A stretch of 64,000 nt of DNA from a bacterium (lineage in GTDB: Bacteria; Patescibacteriota; Minisyncoccia; JAHIHE01). The notes under the pieces are model-generated. The model saw only the letters and a program-made list of their open reading frames with translations. It was not told where the DNA came from and did no database searches. The stretch covers positions 130,059 through 194,058 of the forward strand of contig JAUYBG010000010.1 of NCBI GenBank assembly GCA_030693205.1, given 5' to 3'. Shown here piece after piece: positions 27,475 through 36,793 of the stretch (position 1 is its first letter; the number at the start of each line of letters is the position of its first letter). The position numbers were made by a program, and so were the translations under genes.

Positions 27475-29343
27475 CTAGTTTTGCCATTTATTCATCAGCG
27501 GGTATCTGTCTCTGCTGCTGCCTCCGGGTATTGGATATGGAGTATTGCCAATGCCGTCGCCATTCAAATCTATGCCTGTATAATCGCTGTAATAGTTGCC
27601 TACAGTGCCATTGTCCCATTGATTGCTGCTTGTGTCATAACCATTATAGCTATTGCTAACAAGATTATTTTGGTAAACTTTGTTGTAGATAGAAGCTTCC
27701 AAAACGATCCCATAGCTATTATTCGAGGCGCTGTTGCCATTCACTGTATTGTTGTTGCTGGAATACCATATATAAATACCGTTACGGTGGTTATTCGATA
27801 CATTGTTGTCAATCAATGTGTTGTTGCTGGAAGAATACAGAAAGATACCGTCAACATTGTTTGAACTGACATTATTACCGATCAATGTATTGTTATTGTT
27901 TCCGCCTTCCATCAGAATGCCGTGGGCATTGTTTGAACTAACATTATTGCCAATCAGCATATTATTGCTGGAATACGCCATATAGATACCAAAATGATTA
28001 TTCGGGCCGGCATTGTTGCCAAAGAGCGTATTGTTGTTTGAAACAATCCAAATTCCTGCTCCTGAAGAGCTGGTATTAGTCGCGGTAAATCCTTCAAGAG
28101 TGATTCCGTCCGCGGAAAGCGTGATCGCACTTCCACTGCTATGGGCATCTACGACAGGATTTCCAATTCCCTTCAATGTTAACTGCTTATTTACATTCAC
28201 GTTTTCATAATACGTGCCGCTGTAAACATCAATCTCATCTCCCGTGTTCGCATCATTGATGGCTGCCTGAATACTTGCGTAGTCAGTATTTTTATTGACA
28301 TTATGCACAGGTCCGGTGGGTGCTGGTGTGGGCGTTGGTGTCGGGGTCGGTGTTGGAGGCGGTGCTGGCGCGCTGATGGTGAAATATCCATCGCTGGTAT
28401 CGGTACGTTTTGAGTTTTCCATACTCGTAACAATTACCTTGTAGTCTGTTCCTGTCTCATGGGTGGCAGGAATAGTCCAAAGATACGAACCATCGCCGTT
28501 ATAGTCTGTTGGGACAAATATAGCAATGAGTTCGGTTAACAAGGGAGAAGAACCTTTTTGAAGTTCAATTTTTACTGATGTTGTCTGCTTTCCTGTATAC
28601 TTCCACTGGATCTTTTGCTCGCTTTCAACCGGCCAGTTTTCTCCGCCGTTGGGAGAGAGAACTACAATCTTTTGTTTTGGCGGGATTGGAGGTGTTTTTG
28701 GCATTACCACAACAACAGAACCACCAGCACGTCTGGCATTACAATTTTCTGCACTTTTGCAAGTCATGGCATCCCAAAACTCGCTATTAAGATAATATTT
28801 ACTACTGCCCTTAGATGTTCCTGGATCATTAACTATTATATGAGTGGCATTATATCCCGTTACTACGACAAAATGCCCATCTGCATAATTATATCCTCTG
28901 TTTGAAAGATATTTTGCTGTTATAGATACAATAATAGGATGACCACTATCAATTTCTTGTTTAATCTTGTCTATTGTCCATCCTTTGTCTTGGTAACTAT
29001 CCGTGAATCCTCCATATTCTTTAGCTAAAACTTCTAGTATTGAGGTAGTTGTAGCTGCCCCATTGTAGTTGTTTATTGGCTGTTTTTTGCCATATGTTTT
29101 ATTAAGCCAATCGTCTATATCTTTAATTCCCTGTTCGGTTGGAATAGTGCCATTATAATATGAGAACACCATCAACGAGGAAGTTTGTCCGCAGTTTTGA
29201 GTTCCTGTTGTTCCTGGTGGAACTTGTGCTTTAAATAGCACTTCAAGTGGATTACTATACGCCGCTCCTACCATAGAAAGCAGTATTAATACAGTTATGG
29301 CATAAGCCAATATTCCTATTCTTTTTCTAATCAATTCTTTCAT
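27475..29343 (-). CDS. Large secreted protein: N-terminal papain-like (C39-like) peptidase domain, Pro/Thr linker, C-terminal right-handed beta-helix repeats
   Basis: Signal anchor. NCGQTSSLMV...GHFVVVTGYN Cys/His pair. (PT)n linker. About 9 NNTLIGNNVSSNN-type parallel beta-helix repeats. Confidence 0.6.
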   Translation of the reverse strand: MKELIRKRIGILAYAITVLILLSMVGAAYSNPLEVLFKAQVPPGTTGTQNCGQTSSLMVFSYYNGTIPTEQGIKDIDDWLNKTYGKKQPINNYNGAATTTSILEVLAKEYGGFTDSYQDKGWTIDKIKQEIDSGHPIIVSITAKYLSNRGYNYADGHFVVVTGYNATHIIVNDPGTSKGSSKYYLNSEFWDAMTCKSAENCNARRAGGSVVVVMPKTPPIPPKQKIVVLSPNGGENWPVESEQKIQWKYTGKQTTSVKIELQKGSSPLLTELIAIFVPTDYNGDGSYLWTIPATHETGTDYKVIVTSMENSKRTDTSDGYFTISAPAPPPTPTPTPTPTPAPTGPVHNVNKNTDYASIQAAINDANTGDEIDVYSGTYYENVNVNKQLTLKGIGNPVVDAHSSGSAITLSADGITLEGFTATNTSSSGAGIWIVSNNNTLFGNNAGPNNHFGIYMAYSSNNMLIGNNVSSNNAHGILMEGGNNNNTLIGNNVSSNNVDGIFLYSSSNNTLIDNNVSNNHRNGIYIWYSSNNNTVNGNSASNNSYGIVLEASIYNKVYQNNLVSNSYNGYDTSSNQWDNGTVGNYYSDYTGIDLNGDGIGNTPYPIPGGSSRDRYPLMNKWQN

Positions 29344-29564
29344 CTTTTATCACCTTTTTCTTATATTGTCTTTTGTTCGTCTGTCGATACCATCGGAATC
29401 TATTAGATTCGTCATTTTTTGTTTCTTGATTGTAGGGTACATTTTCCTCTTTTTATCACTTTTTACTCTTCAATTTAGTGATAATGAATATCGTACCACA
29501 ATTTTCTGTAATGTCAAGCAAAAGACAGATGTTACTAAGTTGATAGTGTTTAAAATCCACAAAT

Positions 29565-29592
29565 TAAAAAAGCGAAATTGTTTCGCTTTTTT
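29565..29592. terminator. Bidirectional rho-independent terminator hairpin
   Basis: aaaaaagcgaaattgtttcgctttttt. Perfect 8-bp stem flanked by A/T runs on both sides. Lies 3' of the gene at 29621-30214. Confidence 0.55.
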
Positions 29593-29620
29593 AAAAATCA
29601 TTATAATATTAGATAAAGTT

Positions 29621-30214
29621 TTATTTAGTAAATTCAAAAGTAAAAAGAATTTGATCAAAAGTTTTATTATATCCTAAGTTTGAATCAAAATGATATAAAA
29701 TATTTTCTTTCGCAACAAACCAATGAGGTGTGCCACAGCCCAGCTCAAAACCATCACAAATAGAAATTATTTTTAATCCCTGGGTACCTCCGATCATTAA
29801 TAATTCTTTAGTAAAATTTATTCCATCCTGGCCAAACTCGGGTTTTATTAATTGAAGGAGATCGGATCCTGCTTTAATAGTTATAATTTTTATTCCCAGA
29901 GCGCTTGCATATGGACCAGGTACGCTTTCTGGTATTTCTTCGTTCGGCTGAATAAAAATATCTGAGGGACTATCAGAATAGAGATACCATCCTACTGGAT
30001 ATTTTATTTCAAACCCAATATCTTCATTCCTATAAGTCTTCCAGTCCGAAATATCAACAACAGGCGTTGGTTCTACTGTCGGTTGCACAACAACCGGCGA
30101 ATAATTTTTAAACGCAGGAAGATAGACGACAATAATCAGCGCTGTAATAAAAGCGAATAAAATAATGACAAAAATTAATAGTGATTTTATAGATGATAAT
30201 TTATTTTCAGCCAT
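29621..30214 (-). CDS. Hypothetical secreted/membrane-anchored protein
   Basis: 197 aa. N-terminal TM then hydrophilic domain. Confidence 0.4.
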   Translation of the reverse strand: MAENKLSSIKSLLIFVIILFAFITALIIVVYLPAFKNYSPVVVQPTVEPTPVVDISDWKTYRNEDIGFEIKYPVGWYLYSDSPSDIFIQPNEEIPESVPGPYASALGIKIITIKAGSDLLQLIKPEFGQDGINFTKELLMIGGTQGLKIISICDGFELGCGTPHWFVAKENILYHFDSNLGYNKTFDQILFTFEFTK

Positions 30215-30312
30215 AAATTATTTTAACAATTATGTTTTCATTCTAGCATAGGAAAATTAGAATATCAATAACTTGATAACTCTAATTATAGCTTAGATTA
30301 AAAACACTTGCT

Positions 30313-31524
30313 TTAAAAATTATTTAAAAACGAATAGTTGTTTGCCGGATTCCAAAGCATCCACCCTGTCCCGCCAGCCTCATCGCTGGCTTTTATCTGA
30401 ATCTTGATCTTGTCTACGGTATAGATATCGCCCATATTAAAAGCTTGGATCCAGGGGCGAATTTTGGCATTGCTTAATTCTTTTTCCCGAGGGCCAAAAA
30501 CTTCTTTTGTGCTATTATATTCTTCGAGTTTTATTACCGCCTTCTCGATCGCATATTTTACCACTTCATAAGGATGCCTGGCCGGCTCCGCAAAACCCAA
30601 AAAACCTACGGCGTAATGCGACGGATAAACCATCGGGGCTACGGCATCAAAATTTTGATAAGCATTCTCTATGATTTGGCCGATTCCCAGATCATCCTTA
30701 GCCGAAGTTGTTAATCCGAAAACATCAGCGGAAATTCTGACACTGCCCATTTTTTCCCGAAGATAAGTAAAAAATTCTTTTATGCCTTCTTCTTTGGTGA
30801 TCTTCTTTTTATCAAAAAACGGAAAACTCATCGCGCTGAGCCGCCCGTCGGAAGGAAACCTGATATAGTCATAATTTATCTCGTCAAACCCTCGGCTGGC
30901 GGCATCTTGGGAAATTTTTACAATATAATCCCAAACATCTTGCGAACCGGGATCAAGCCAGGCTAAATTCAAATTATCCCTCCACACCCCTCCGGTGATT
31001 CTATTCTTGACCGCCAATTCCGGCCGCGCGGCCGCCAATCTCGGATCCTGAAAAACCACCACTCGCGCGATCACATAAATATTTTCATCATGCAGTTTCT
31101 TGATCAAAGTGTTGATCTTGGGGATCATTATTTTTTCCGCTTTGTATTTGGCGACATCTTCTATCCCGGAGTCGTAAAACACATAACCGGAATAATCCTT
31201 GATATCGATAACTATGGCGTTCAAATTGGCTTTTTTGATCAGCTTGATAAAATTATCTATTTTAGCAGGGTTTCCGGCGGATGTACTGGTGGCATAAAGC
31301 GCTTTTATCGCTTCCGGCGGATCAGCCAAAGGTTTTTCCGGTTCAATATCCCCTTTTTCATGCACTTCCGGCTTTTCAATGCTCATCGCCGGTTTTAAAT
31401 TATCAAAATCGCCGCTGATGAATTTGTCTTTGATCGCCGGCTTGAAAAATAAAAGAAACAAAATTAAACCCGAAGCTAGGGTAAAAAATATTGTCAAAAA
31501 TATTTTGCGATCTTTGCTTTTCAT
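30313..31524 (-). CDS. Putative glycoside-hydrolase-like TIM-barrel protein (DUF4015-like), secreted
   Basis: N-terminal TM/signal. Pattern resembles GH-like family proteins (NAIVIDIKDYSGYVFY..., RVVVFQDP). Weak assignment. Confidence 0.4.
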   Translation of the reverse strand: MKSKDRKIFLTIFFTLASGLILFLLFFKPAIKDKFISGDFDNLKPAMSIEKPEVHEKGDIEPEKPLADPPEAIKALYATSTSAGNPAKIDNFIKLIKKANLNAIVIDIKDYSGYVFYDSGIEDVAKYKAEKIMIPKINTLIKKLHDENIYVIARVVVFQDPRLAAARPELAVKNRITGGVWRDNLNLAWLDPGSQDVWDYIVKISQDAASRGFDEINYDYIRFPSDGRLSAMSFPFFDKKKITKEEGIKEFFTYLREKMGSVRISADVFGLTTSAKDDLGIGQIIENAYQNFDAVAPMVYPSHYAVGFLGFAEPARHPYEVVKYAIEKAVIKLEEYNSTKEVFGPREKELSNAKIRPWIQAFNMGDIYTVDKIKIQIKASDEAGGTGWMLWNPANNYSFLNNF

Positions 31525-31546
31525 ATTTTAAAACACTAAAGAAAAA

Positions 31547-32248
31547 CTATTTATTCGTTTTTCTTACGATGCACAGCGGCGTTTGTTCATTGGTCTGGCC
31601 GAGAGGATTGTCGCGAAAAACTTTCCTGGCCCAATCATCGGAAATATTCTTGCTGGATTTTCCCAGCACCGATACGCCCAGATCATTGGCGTCAATGATC
31701 ATCACGTCATAGCCAATCTTTCCTTTTAAAAATTCCGCGACTGCGGCCGGATTTTTCGGCCCAAGTTTGGCATATTTGTTATAGGGAGGCAAAGTATAAT
31801 CGCAAGGACCGTCTATCGCGGCGACTTCCTTGCCGGCAATCCTGTAAAACATACCCTTAATGCCAAAAGGTTTCGTGATCGCGGCAACCAAAGCAGCCAA
31901 AAATATCTTTATTGTTCCCGCCTCTCGAACAGCCAGTTCCATTGTCCAGGGGCTGCCGATGCCGATCCCGCTCGGAGTTTTATGGACAAATTTTACCAAA
32001 ATTTTCGCCAAGAACGACGGCTTGATATCTTTGATCGGATAAGACCTGCCTTGCGTGATCGCCACGATCTTCTCGCTGATAAATATCACATCGCCTTCCT
32101 TGAGATAAGGCTTCAAATATTGCGATAATATTGTTTTTAAATCGTCTTTTTCCAAAATTACGTGCGTTTTAACCGGCATCCGCGCATACTGCACGCCATC
32201 AACGCTGATAAACAGGTTTTTGTTTTTATTTGGCGATAAAACATCCAT
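31547..32248 (-). CDS. F420-0:gamma-glutamyl ligase (CofE)-like domain protein
   Basis: KEGDVIFISEKIVAITQGRS matches the CofE EDGDVLVVCSTVISKAEGR block. Also DVMIIDANDLG and PLCIVRK blocks. Confidence 0.5.
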   Translation of the reverse strand: MDVLSPNKNKNLFISVDGVQYARMPVKTHVILEKDDLKTILSQYLKPYLKEGDVIFISEKIVAITQGRSYPIKDIKPSFLAKILVKFVHKTPSGIGIGSPWTMELAVREAGTIKIFLAALVAAITKPFGIKGMFYRIAGKEVAAIDGPCDYTLPPYNKYAKLGPKNPAAVAEFLKGKIGYDVMIIDANDLGVSVLGKSSKNISDDWARKVFRDNPLGQTNEQTPLCIVRKTNK

Positions 32249-32257
32249 AATATTTTT

Positions 32258-33325
32258 CTAATTACAAACTACGCAATGAAGATACTCAACCGTTTTACTT
32301 GCTTTATAATTTCTATTTTTCGCCTTGTCCGCCTTAAAACGGTTATAATCTTTGGTAAAAAAACTATACTTACCTCTCAAGCTCATTATTTCTTTTATGT
32401 CTGCCAACGTTAGCAATCCTTCATTATTATAACTCAAAAAAATATATCTTGCCTTTGCCTTTAAAATCAAATCCTTGAACGCTTTTTTTACCTGAACTCT
32501 TGAACAATAAAGAGATTTTTGTTTTTGATATTCTCGTAAACCAGTTTTTCCGTGAATTTTTGGATTATCATATTTAGCAATTGTTTCAAGTAAATGATAA
32601 TTCGTTGCATACTGCCGCTGATTGTATGGGGGATCTAAATATAAAATATCACCTTCAACTTTCTCTATTACTGTATTTATATCTTCATTTAAAACTTTAT
32701 GCTCTTGATCGTTTATTATCATTTCTGCCGGCTTTAAAACTAAACCGTTTTGAGCGGTTTTCTTTAGTTTTTTAAGAAATGCCCCATAAACAGAAGCCGT
32801 ATTAGCGTTTTTATCAACTGATTCTAGTAAGCTTGTAATTAAAAAATAATATTCATTGTCGGAAATTAATTTTTCTTTTTTCCATTTTTCAATTTTCTGG
32901 CGTATGGCATCACACCTCATGCCATTTTCATCGGAAAAATATTGCCGCGGCACTTTTTGTTTTTTCGTGCCGCCCAAACAATAATTTTTATAAATAAATC
33001 CTTTCTCGCCTTTTAGATTCGATAAGTAACCGCAAACAAGATTTTTCCGATCTTTTGTTTTAATATTTCTCAAATTTGGAATTTCTTTTAATAATTTAGA
33101 AAAGGTTAATTCTTTGTGATTACCAATATAATGCCTATTCAAAACATAACTATAATATTGAATATCATTAGCGATTATTTTATAGCCCTTTTTCTTAAAA
33201 TAACTTCCCACGATTCCAGTTCCCGCAAACAAATCGCAAAAAGTATCGCAGTTTTTATCAACTACTTTTTCTATGGATTCTTCCAAGAACTTCAACAGTG
33301 ATAATTTTGAGCCGATATAATTCAT
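32258..33325 (-). CDS. D12-class N6-adenine DNA methyltransferase (Dam-like, type II)
   Basis: Motif I CDLFAGTGIVG, motif IV LYLDPPYN. Overlaps the upstream ORF by 4 bp. Confidence 0.8.
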   Translation of the reverse strand: MNYIGSKLSLLKFLEESIEKVVDKNCDTFCDLFAGTGIVGSYFKKKGYKIIANDIQYYSYVLNRHYIGNHKELTFSKLLKEIPNLRNIKTKDRKNLVCGYLSNLKGEKGFIYKNYCLGGTKKQKVPRQYFSDENGMRCDAIRQKIEKWKKEKLISDNEYYFLITSLLESVDKNANTASVYGAFLKKLKKTAQNGLVLKPAEMIINDQEHKVLNEDINTVIEKVEGDILYLDPPYNQRQYATNYHLLETIAKYDNPKIHGKTGLREYQKQKSLYCSRVQVKKAFKDLILKAKARYIFLSYNNEGLLTLADIKEIMSLRGKYSFFTKDYNRFKADKAKNRNYKASKTVEYLHCVVCN

Positions 33326-34953
33326 AGCTTGCCATTTAATAATGATTCAAACTCGAGTCTACTAATATAATGTCCGATACTAATAAAATCTTCCTTTTTA
33401 TTTTGTTTTATTAGATCATCTATTGCTTTATAACTAGATGAATATTCTTTGCTTAAATTTAACTTAGGTAATTTATTTTGCAGAGAACTAAACAATTTAT
33501 CCATTTTTTTAGAATTTTTATTCCAAACCATTGTTGCTATATGTAGCGAAGCGTAAAAACTCAATTCATCATCTTGTTTTCTCCTCCCAAAACAATATTT
33601 ATAAACCAAATAAGCAAGCAAAAGTTTTTTAGGATCTTGCTCAAATATTTCTGTATAATATTTATTAATATTAAACATATCGCCTTCTCTGTTCCTCATC
33701 GCAACAGATGGTTTCCGACAAATTAAAGATAGCGATATTTGAGCAAGAAGTCTGCTACTAATTATATCAATAAATTTCTCTGGTCTTCTTTGTTCTCTTT
33801 GTCTTTCGTAAAATATATCGAACTTGCCAAAAAATTCTGCTATAGCCAATTGTTTAGGGTCGTTTGACATCAAATCTCTATTACCAACAGATATTTGATT
33901 ATTCGTTGCTTTGGCTATGCTATTCACAAAACCTTCGCCACCACCAGTATATACTCTACATAAAACCTTAACTTCTTCCTTTAATTCTTTCTTTTGGAAA
34001 GCTTCGTATAATACACGAGCGGTTTGTTGACCATTAACAATTTGTAAATTTTTTATTTTAATAACTCCCTTATCGCTATTTGGAGTAGCTGAATCACCAA
34101 CAATAGTTATTCCATTATTTAAAAACCAAAATAAATTAGCTTTATCGCTCTTGCAAGTTTCGTATATTTCATTATTGCTTTTTTTATATTTAAACCAACC
34201 CCTAACATTCTTTTCAAAAAGTTTTTCACCATTTTCATGTACCAATTTAGCAATTGCACTACCTTTAACCGTCAACAAATAACCAAGCACACCATTACTA
34301 ATCACTTCCGGCTTTAAAATTCTTTCCTTGTCATAATATTCAATTTCAATTTCTTTGTGCTTTAAAGATTCCATTAAAGATAATTTTTTCTTATATAAAC
34401 TTGCCCCATTTATTATATTTATAGATAACTTAGCTTTCGGATATTCAAAAGAAATAAGCTTAGAAAATTTCTTTTCAATGCTTTTTCTTTCCCTTTCTAC
34501 TTTATCGTTAATTTTTGAACCATTAAATACGCTATAAAAAATATTTATATATATTATAGAATCTTTAATATCTCTTATGTCTGCTATCCTTTTAACTAGC
34601 TTGAAATTTTTTAACTTCTTATAAACATTTTCTTTTTCTTCAAAAACATATTCTAACCCTCGTCTTAATTTTTTTAAATCATTTTCCGAATAATTATCTT
34701 TTCCTGACTTACAGTTAATTATAGTAATAATACTATCTTCGTCTAATTCGTTAACATTTATTACATCAATGCCATTTTCGTCATTGCCATCAACAATATC
34801 TGATTCCTTAATATCTTCATAATCTATGTTTGACAATATTGACATACATAAATAATGAAAGGCATTTGCCCTTTTCTTTTTTATTTCTTTGGAGAAAAAA
34901 TTGTTTTCAATTTTTTCTATCTCAATATTTAATGCGCTTTTTTCTGGCTTCAT
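33322..34953 (-). CDS. Candidate restriction endonuclease / AIPR-like abortive-infection protein of a controller-endonuclease-methyltransferase (C-R-M) operon
   Basis: 543 aa, translationally coupled to the Dam-like MTase and preceded by an XRE-type controller. N-terminal DIVDGNDENGIDVINV resembles the AIPR-family DGxxDxGID motif. Confidence 0.4.
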   Translation of the reverse strand: MKPEKSALNIEIEKIENNFFSKEIKKKRANAFHYLCMSILSNIDYEDIKESDIVDGNDENGIDVINVNELDEDSIITIINCKSGKDNYSENDLKKLRRGLEYVFEEKENVYKKLKNFKLVKRIADIRDIKDSIIYINIFYSVFNGSKINDKVERERKSIEKKFSKLISFEYPKAKLSINIINGASLYKKKLSLMESLKHKEIEIEYYDKERILKPEVISNGVLGYLLTVKGSAIAKLVHENGEKLFEKNVRGWFKYKKSNNEIYETCKSDKANLFWFLNNGITIVGDSATPNSDKGVIKIKNLQIVNGQQTARVLYEAFQKKELKEEVKVLCRVYTGGGEGFVNSIAKATNNQISVGNRDLMSNDPKQLAIAEFFGKFDIFYERQREQRRPEKFIDIISSRLLAQISLSLICRKPSVAMRNREGDMFNINKYYTEIFEQDPKKLLLAYLVYKYCFGRRKQDDELSFYASLHIATMVWNKNSKKMDKLFSSLQNKLPKLNLSKEYSSSYKAIDDLIKQNKKEDFISIGHYISRLEFESLLNGKL

Positions 34954-34971
34954 AATAATTATACAATAAAA

Positions 34972-35253
34972 TTACGAAACAAATCGCTTTCTAATTTTTA
35001 AAATATTATTACCTTTTTTATTTTCCTGAAATAAATCTCTCGGATCAACATTGAAAAACTTAGCCAATTCAACAACATTGCTTTTTATTGGATTATATTT
35101 ATCCGATAAAATATTAGAAAGCTGATTTTTGGAAATACCAAGCATACGAGCAAGTTCAGAAAAATTGTCAATTTTCTTTTTCGCCATAAGTTCTTTAATT
35201 TTATATCTATCTATCCTCATAATCATTCTAACATACAAATTAACTTTATACAA
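34972..35253 (-). CDS. XRE-family HTH regulator (RM controller / C-protein-like)
   Basis: LARMLGISKNQLSNILSDK helix-turn-helix. 18 bp upstream of the R candidate. Start is probably an internal Met. Confidence 0.6.
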   Translation of the reverse strand: MYKVNLYVRMIMRIDRYKIKELMAKKKIDNFSELARMLGISKNQLSNILSDKYNPIKSNVVELAKFFNVDPRDLFQENKKGNNILKIRKRFVS

Positions 35254-35265
35254 GTATTTTATTAA

Positions 35266-35937
35266 CTATATACTCTCTATGATTTTATTTAATTCATCCC
35301 TCCACTTATAAGGATTATTCCAAAAACACCCTCTACAACCTTCTTTATCATGTTTATCAATTTCTTTATCCCATTCTTCGCCCCCTTCAAACCAATAGTA
35401 TATTCCTGGGAAACGGCCTCTTTTCCCAGTTTTATAACAATTCTCACAATGTCTAGACTTCAAAAGATTGCTACTTCTTGTCAGGAGAATAAACTTGTCC
35501 TTAATTTCATCTTCTAACATATCTCGATTGTTTGCATCTTCATTTTTATTCCATCTTACTTGTGGAAATTTATGATCTATCTCCAACTCTTTTGGCATCA
35601 TTTTTCTCAAAAACAAGGCATCCTCAAATTTCAAAACTTCTTTAATTCTTTTCGCTAGTTTTTGCGGCAAACCAGAGCGCGTTTTCGTATCATCAGAAAT
35701 TTTTAATGATTTTAATTTTCTGTGGATAGTTTTATTTTTGCATTTTTCACAAAATATTTTTTTAAATAAATTTCCCTTTTCGTCCTTGTCTAATTGTATT
35801 CCTTGATGTCGCCACATTTGCCAAGTTTTCGCCTGACCGGATTTTAATTCACATTTTGTGCAATGCCATTTTAAATCTTTCAATATTTCAAAATCGTGAT
35901 GAGATGTTGTGTTTGGTTTAAAAAAATTCATATTCAA
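35266..35937 (-). CDS. HNH-type endonuclease with Cys-rich zinc-binding regions (candidate restriction enzyme)
   Basis: EIDHKFPQVRWNKNED HNH-like core. Multiple CxxC pairs. Start abuts the MTase stop (35937/35938). Confidence 0.5.
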   Translation of the reverse strand: MNMNFFKPNTTSHHDFEILKDLKWHCTKCELKSGQAKTWQMWRHQGIQLDKDEKGNLFKKIFCEKCKNKTIHRKLKSLKISDDTKTRSGLPQKLAKRIKEVLKFEDALFLRKMMPKELEIDHKFPQVRWNKNEDANNRDMLEDEIKDKFILLTRSSNLLKSRHCENCYKTGKRGRFPGIYYWFEGGEEWDKEIDKHDKEGCRGCFWNNPYKWRDELNKIIESI

Positions 35938-36720
35938 TTAATTCTTAAAAATTAAAATGTATTCGTGTTTAAAAATATAATAGTCGCTTGTAAGCGCGCG
36001 ATATCGCCAAATCGCTTCCTTGTTTTGTTTAGCTCGATTACCCGCCATATTCTTAATAATAACACTTTTAAGCGTTAAACCTAGCTTGTAAGCCTCATTC
36101 ATACAATAAAAACCCAACGGAATCCACTCTCCTTTTTCATATTTATCTCCCATAACAATAGCCAAATATCTATTTTTTTCTAAAACCGAAATTGTATTTT
36201 TAACTACCAAAGAAAATTTTTCTAAAAATTCGTGAAGATCTTTAGCGTTTGATAAATCGTTTTTGTCTGAACTAAATTTTATAATATTTGCGTATGGTGG
36301 ATGTAAAATGGCCAGCTGAACTTTTGTGCGTCTATGCCTCTTTAACGCTTCATTGATTTTTAAAAAAGTTTTTTCATTGGAACTATCGGCTGTTAAAATT
36401 TCAAAAAAGTTTCTTTTGCTGTCTAATTTATCTTGTGTGTGTTTTACTAGCTGAGGTTGAATTTCGATCCCAATGCAGTTTCGTTTTAGCGTCTCGCACT
36501 CATACGCAGTCGTACCGCTGCCTAAAAATGGGTCAAAAACAATATCGTTTTCTTTTGTATATCTTGAAATTAGCTGTCTTGGAATTTGTGGCACAAAATT
36601 ACCGTGAAAAAATCCACTATGTTTTCCTGAATTATCTCTTTCTTTAATAATCCAAAGACTATCAGTCCAAATTTCTGATTCTTTCCAATTATCCAAATTT
36701 AAATCATTGAAAATTGGCAT
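35938..36720 (-). CDS. DNA methyltransferase (N4/N6 family, FxGSGTT + PPY motifs)
   Basis: FDPFLGSGTTAYE and ILHPPYANII. Confidence 0.8.
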   Translation of the reverse strand: MPIFNDLNLDNWKESEIWTDSLWIIKERDNSGKHSGFFHGNFVPQIPRQLISRYTKENDIVFDPFLGSGTTAYECETLKRNCIGIEIQPQLVKHTQDKLDSKRNFFEILTADSSNEKTFLKINEALKRHRRTKVQLAILHPPYANIIKFSSDKNDLSNAKDLHEFLEKFSLVVKNTISVLEKNRYLAIVMGDKYEKGEWIPLGFYCMNEAYKLGLTLKSVIIKNMAGNRAKQNKEAIWRYRALTSDYYIFKHEYILIFKN

Positions 36721-36793
36721 ATAAGCTATATTATTAAATTGTTAACGCGATCCTCGGACGCTTTAGCAGTTAAAAAGCTTTTGGTCTTTAATT

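Noticed and set aside
27481-28148. Tandem DNA repeats and short plus-strand ORFs (27481-27864, 27803-27985) that superficially resemble a repeat array
   Set aside because: The periodicity comes from the coding repeats of the beta-helix domain (NNTLIGNNVSSNN units) of the minus-strand gene 27475-29343. Units are imperfect and in-frame, with no unique spacers, so this is not a CRISPR array.
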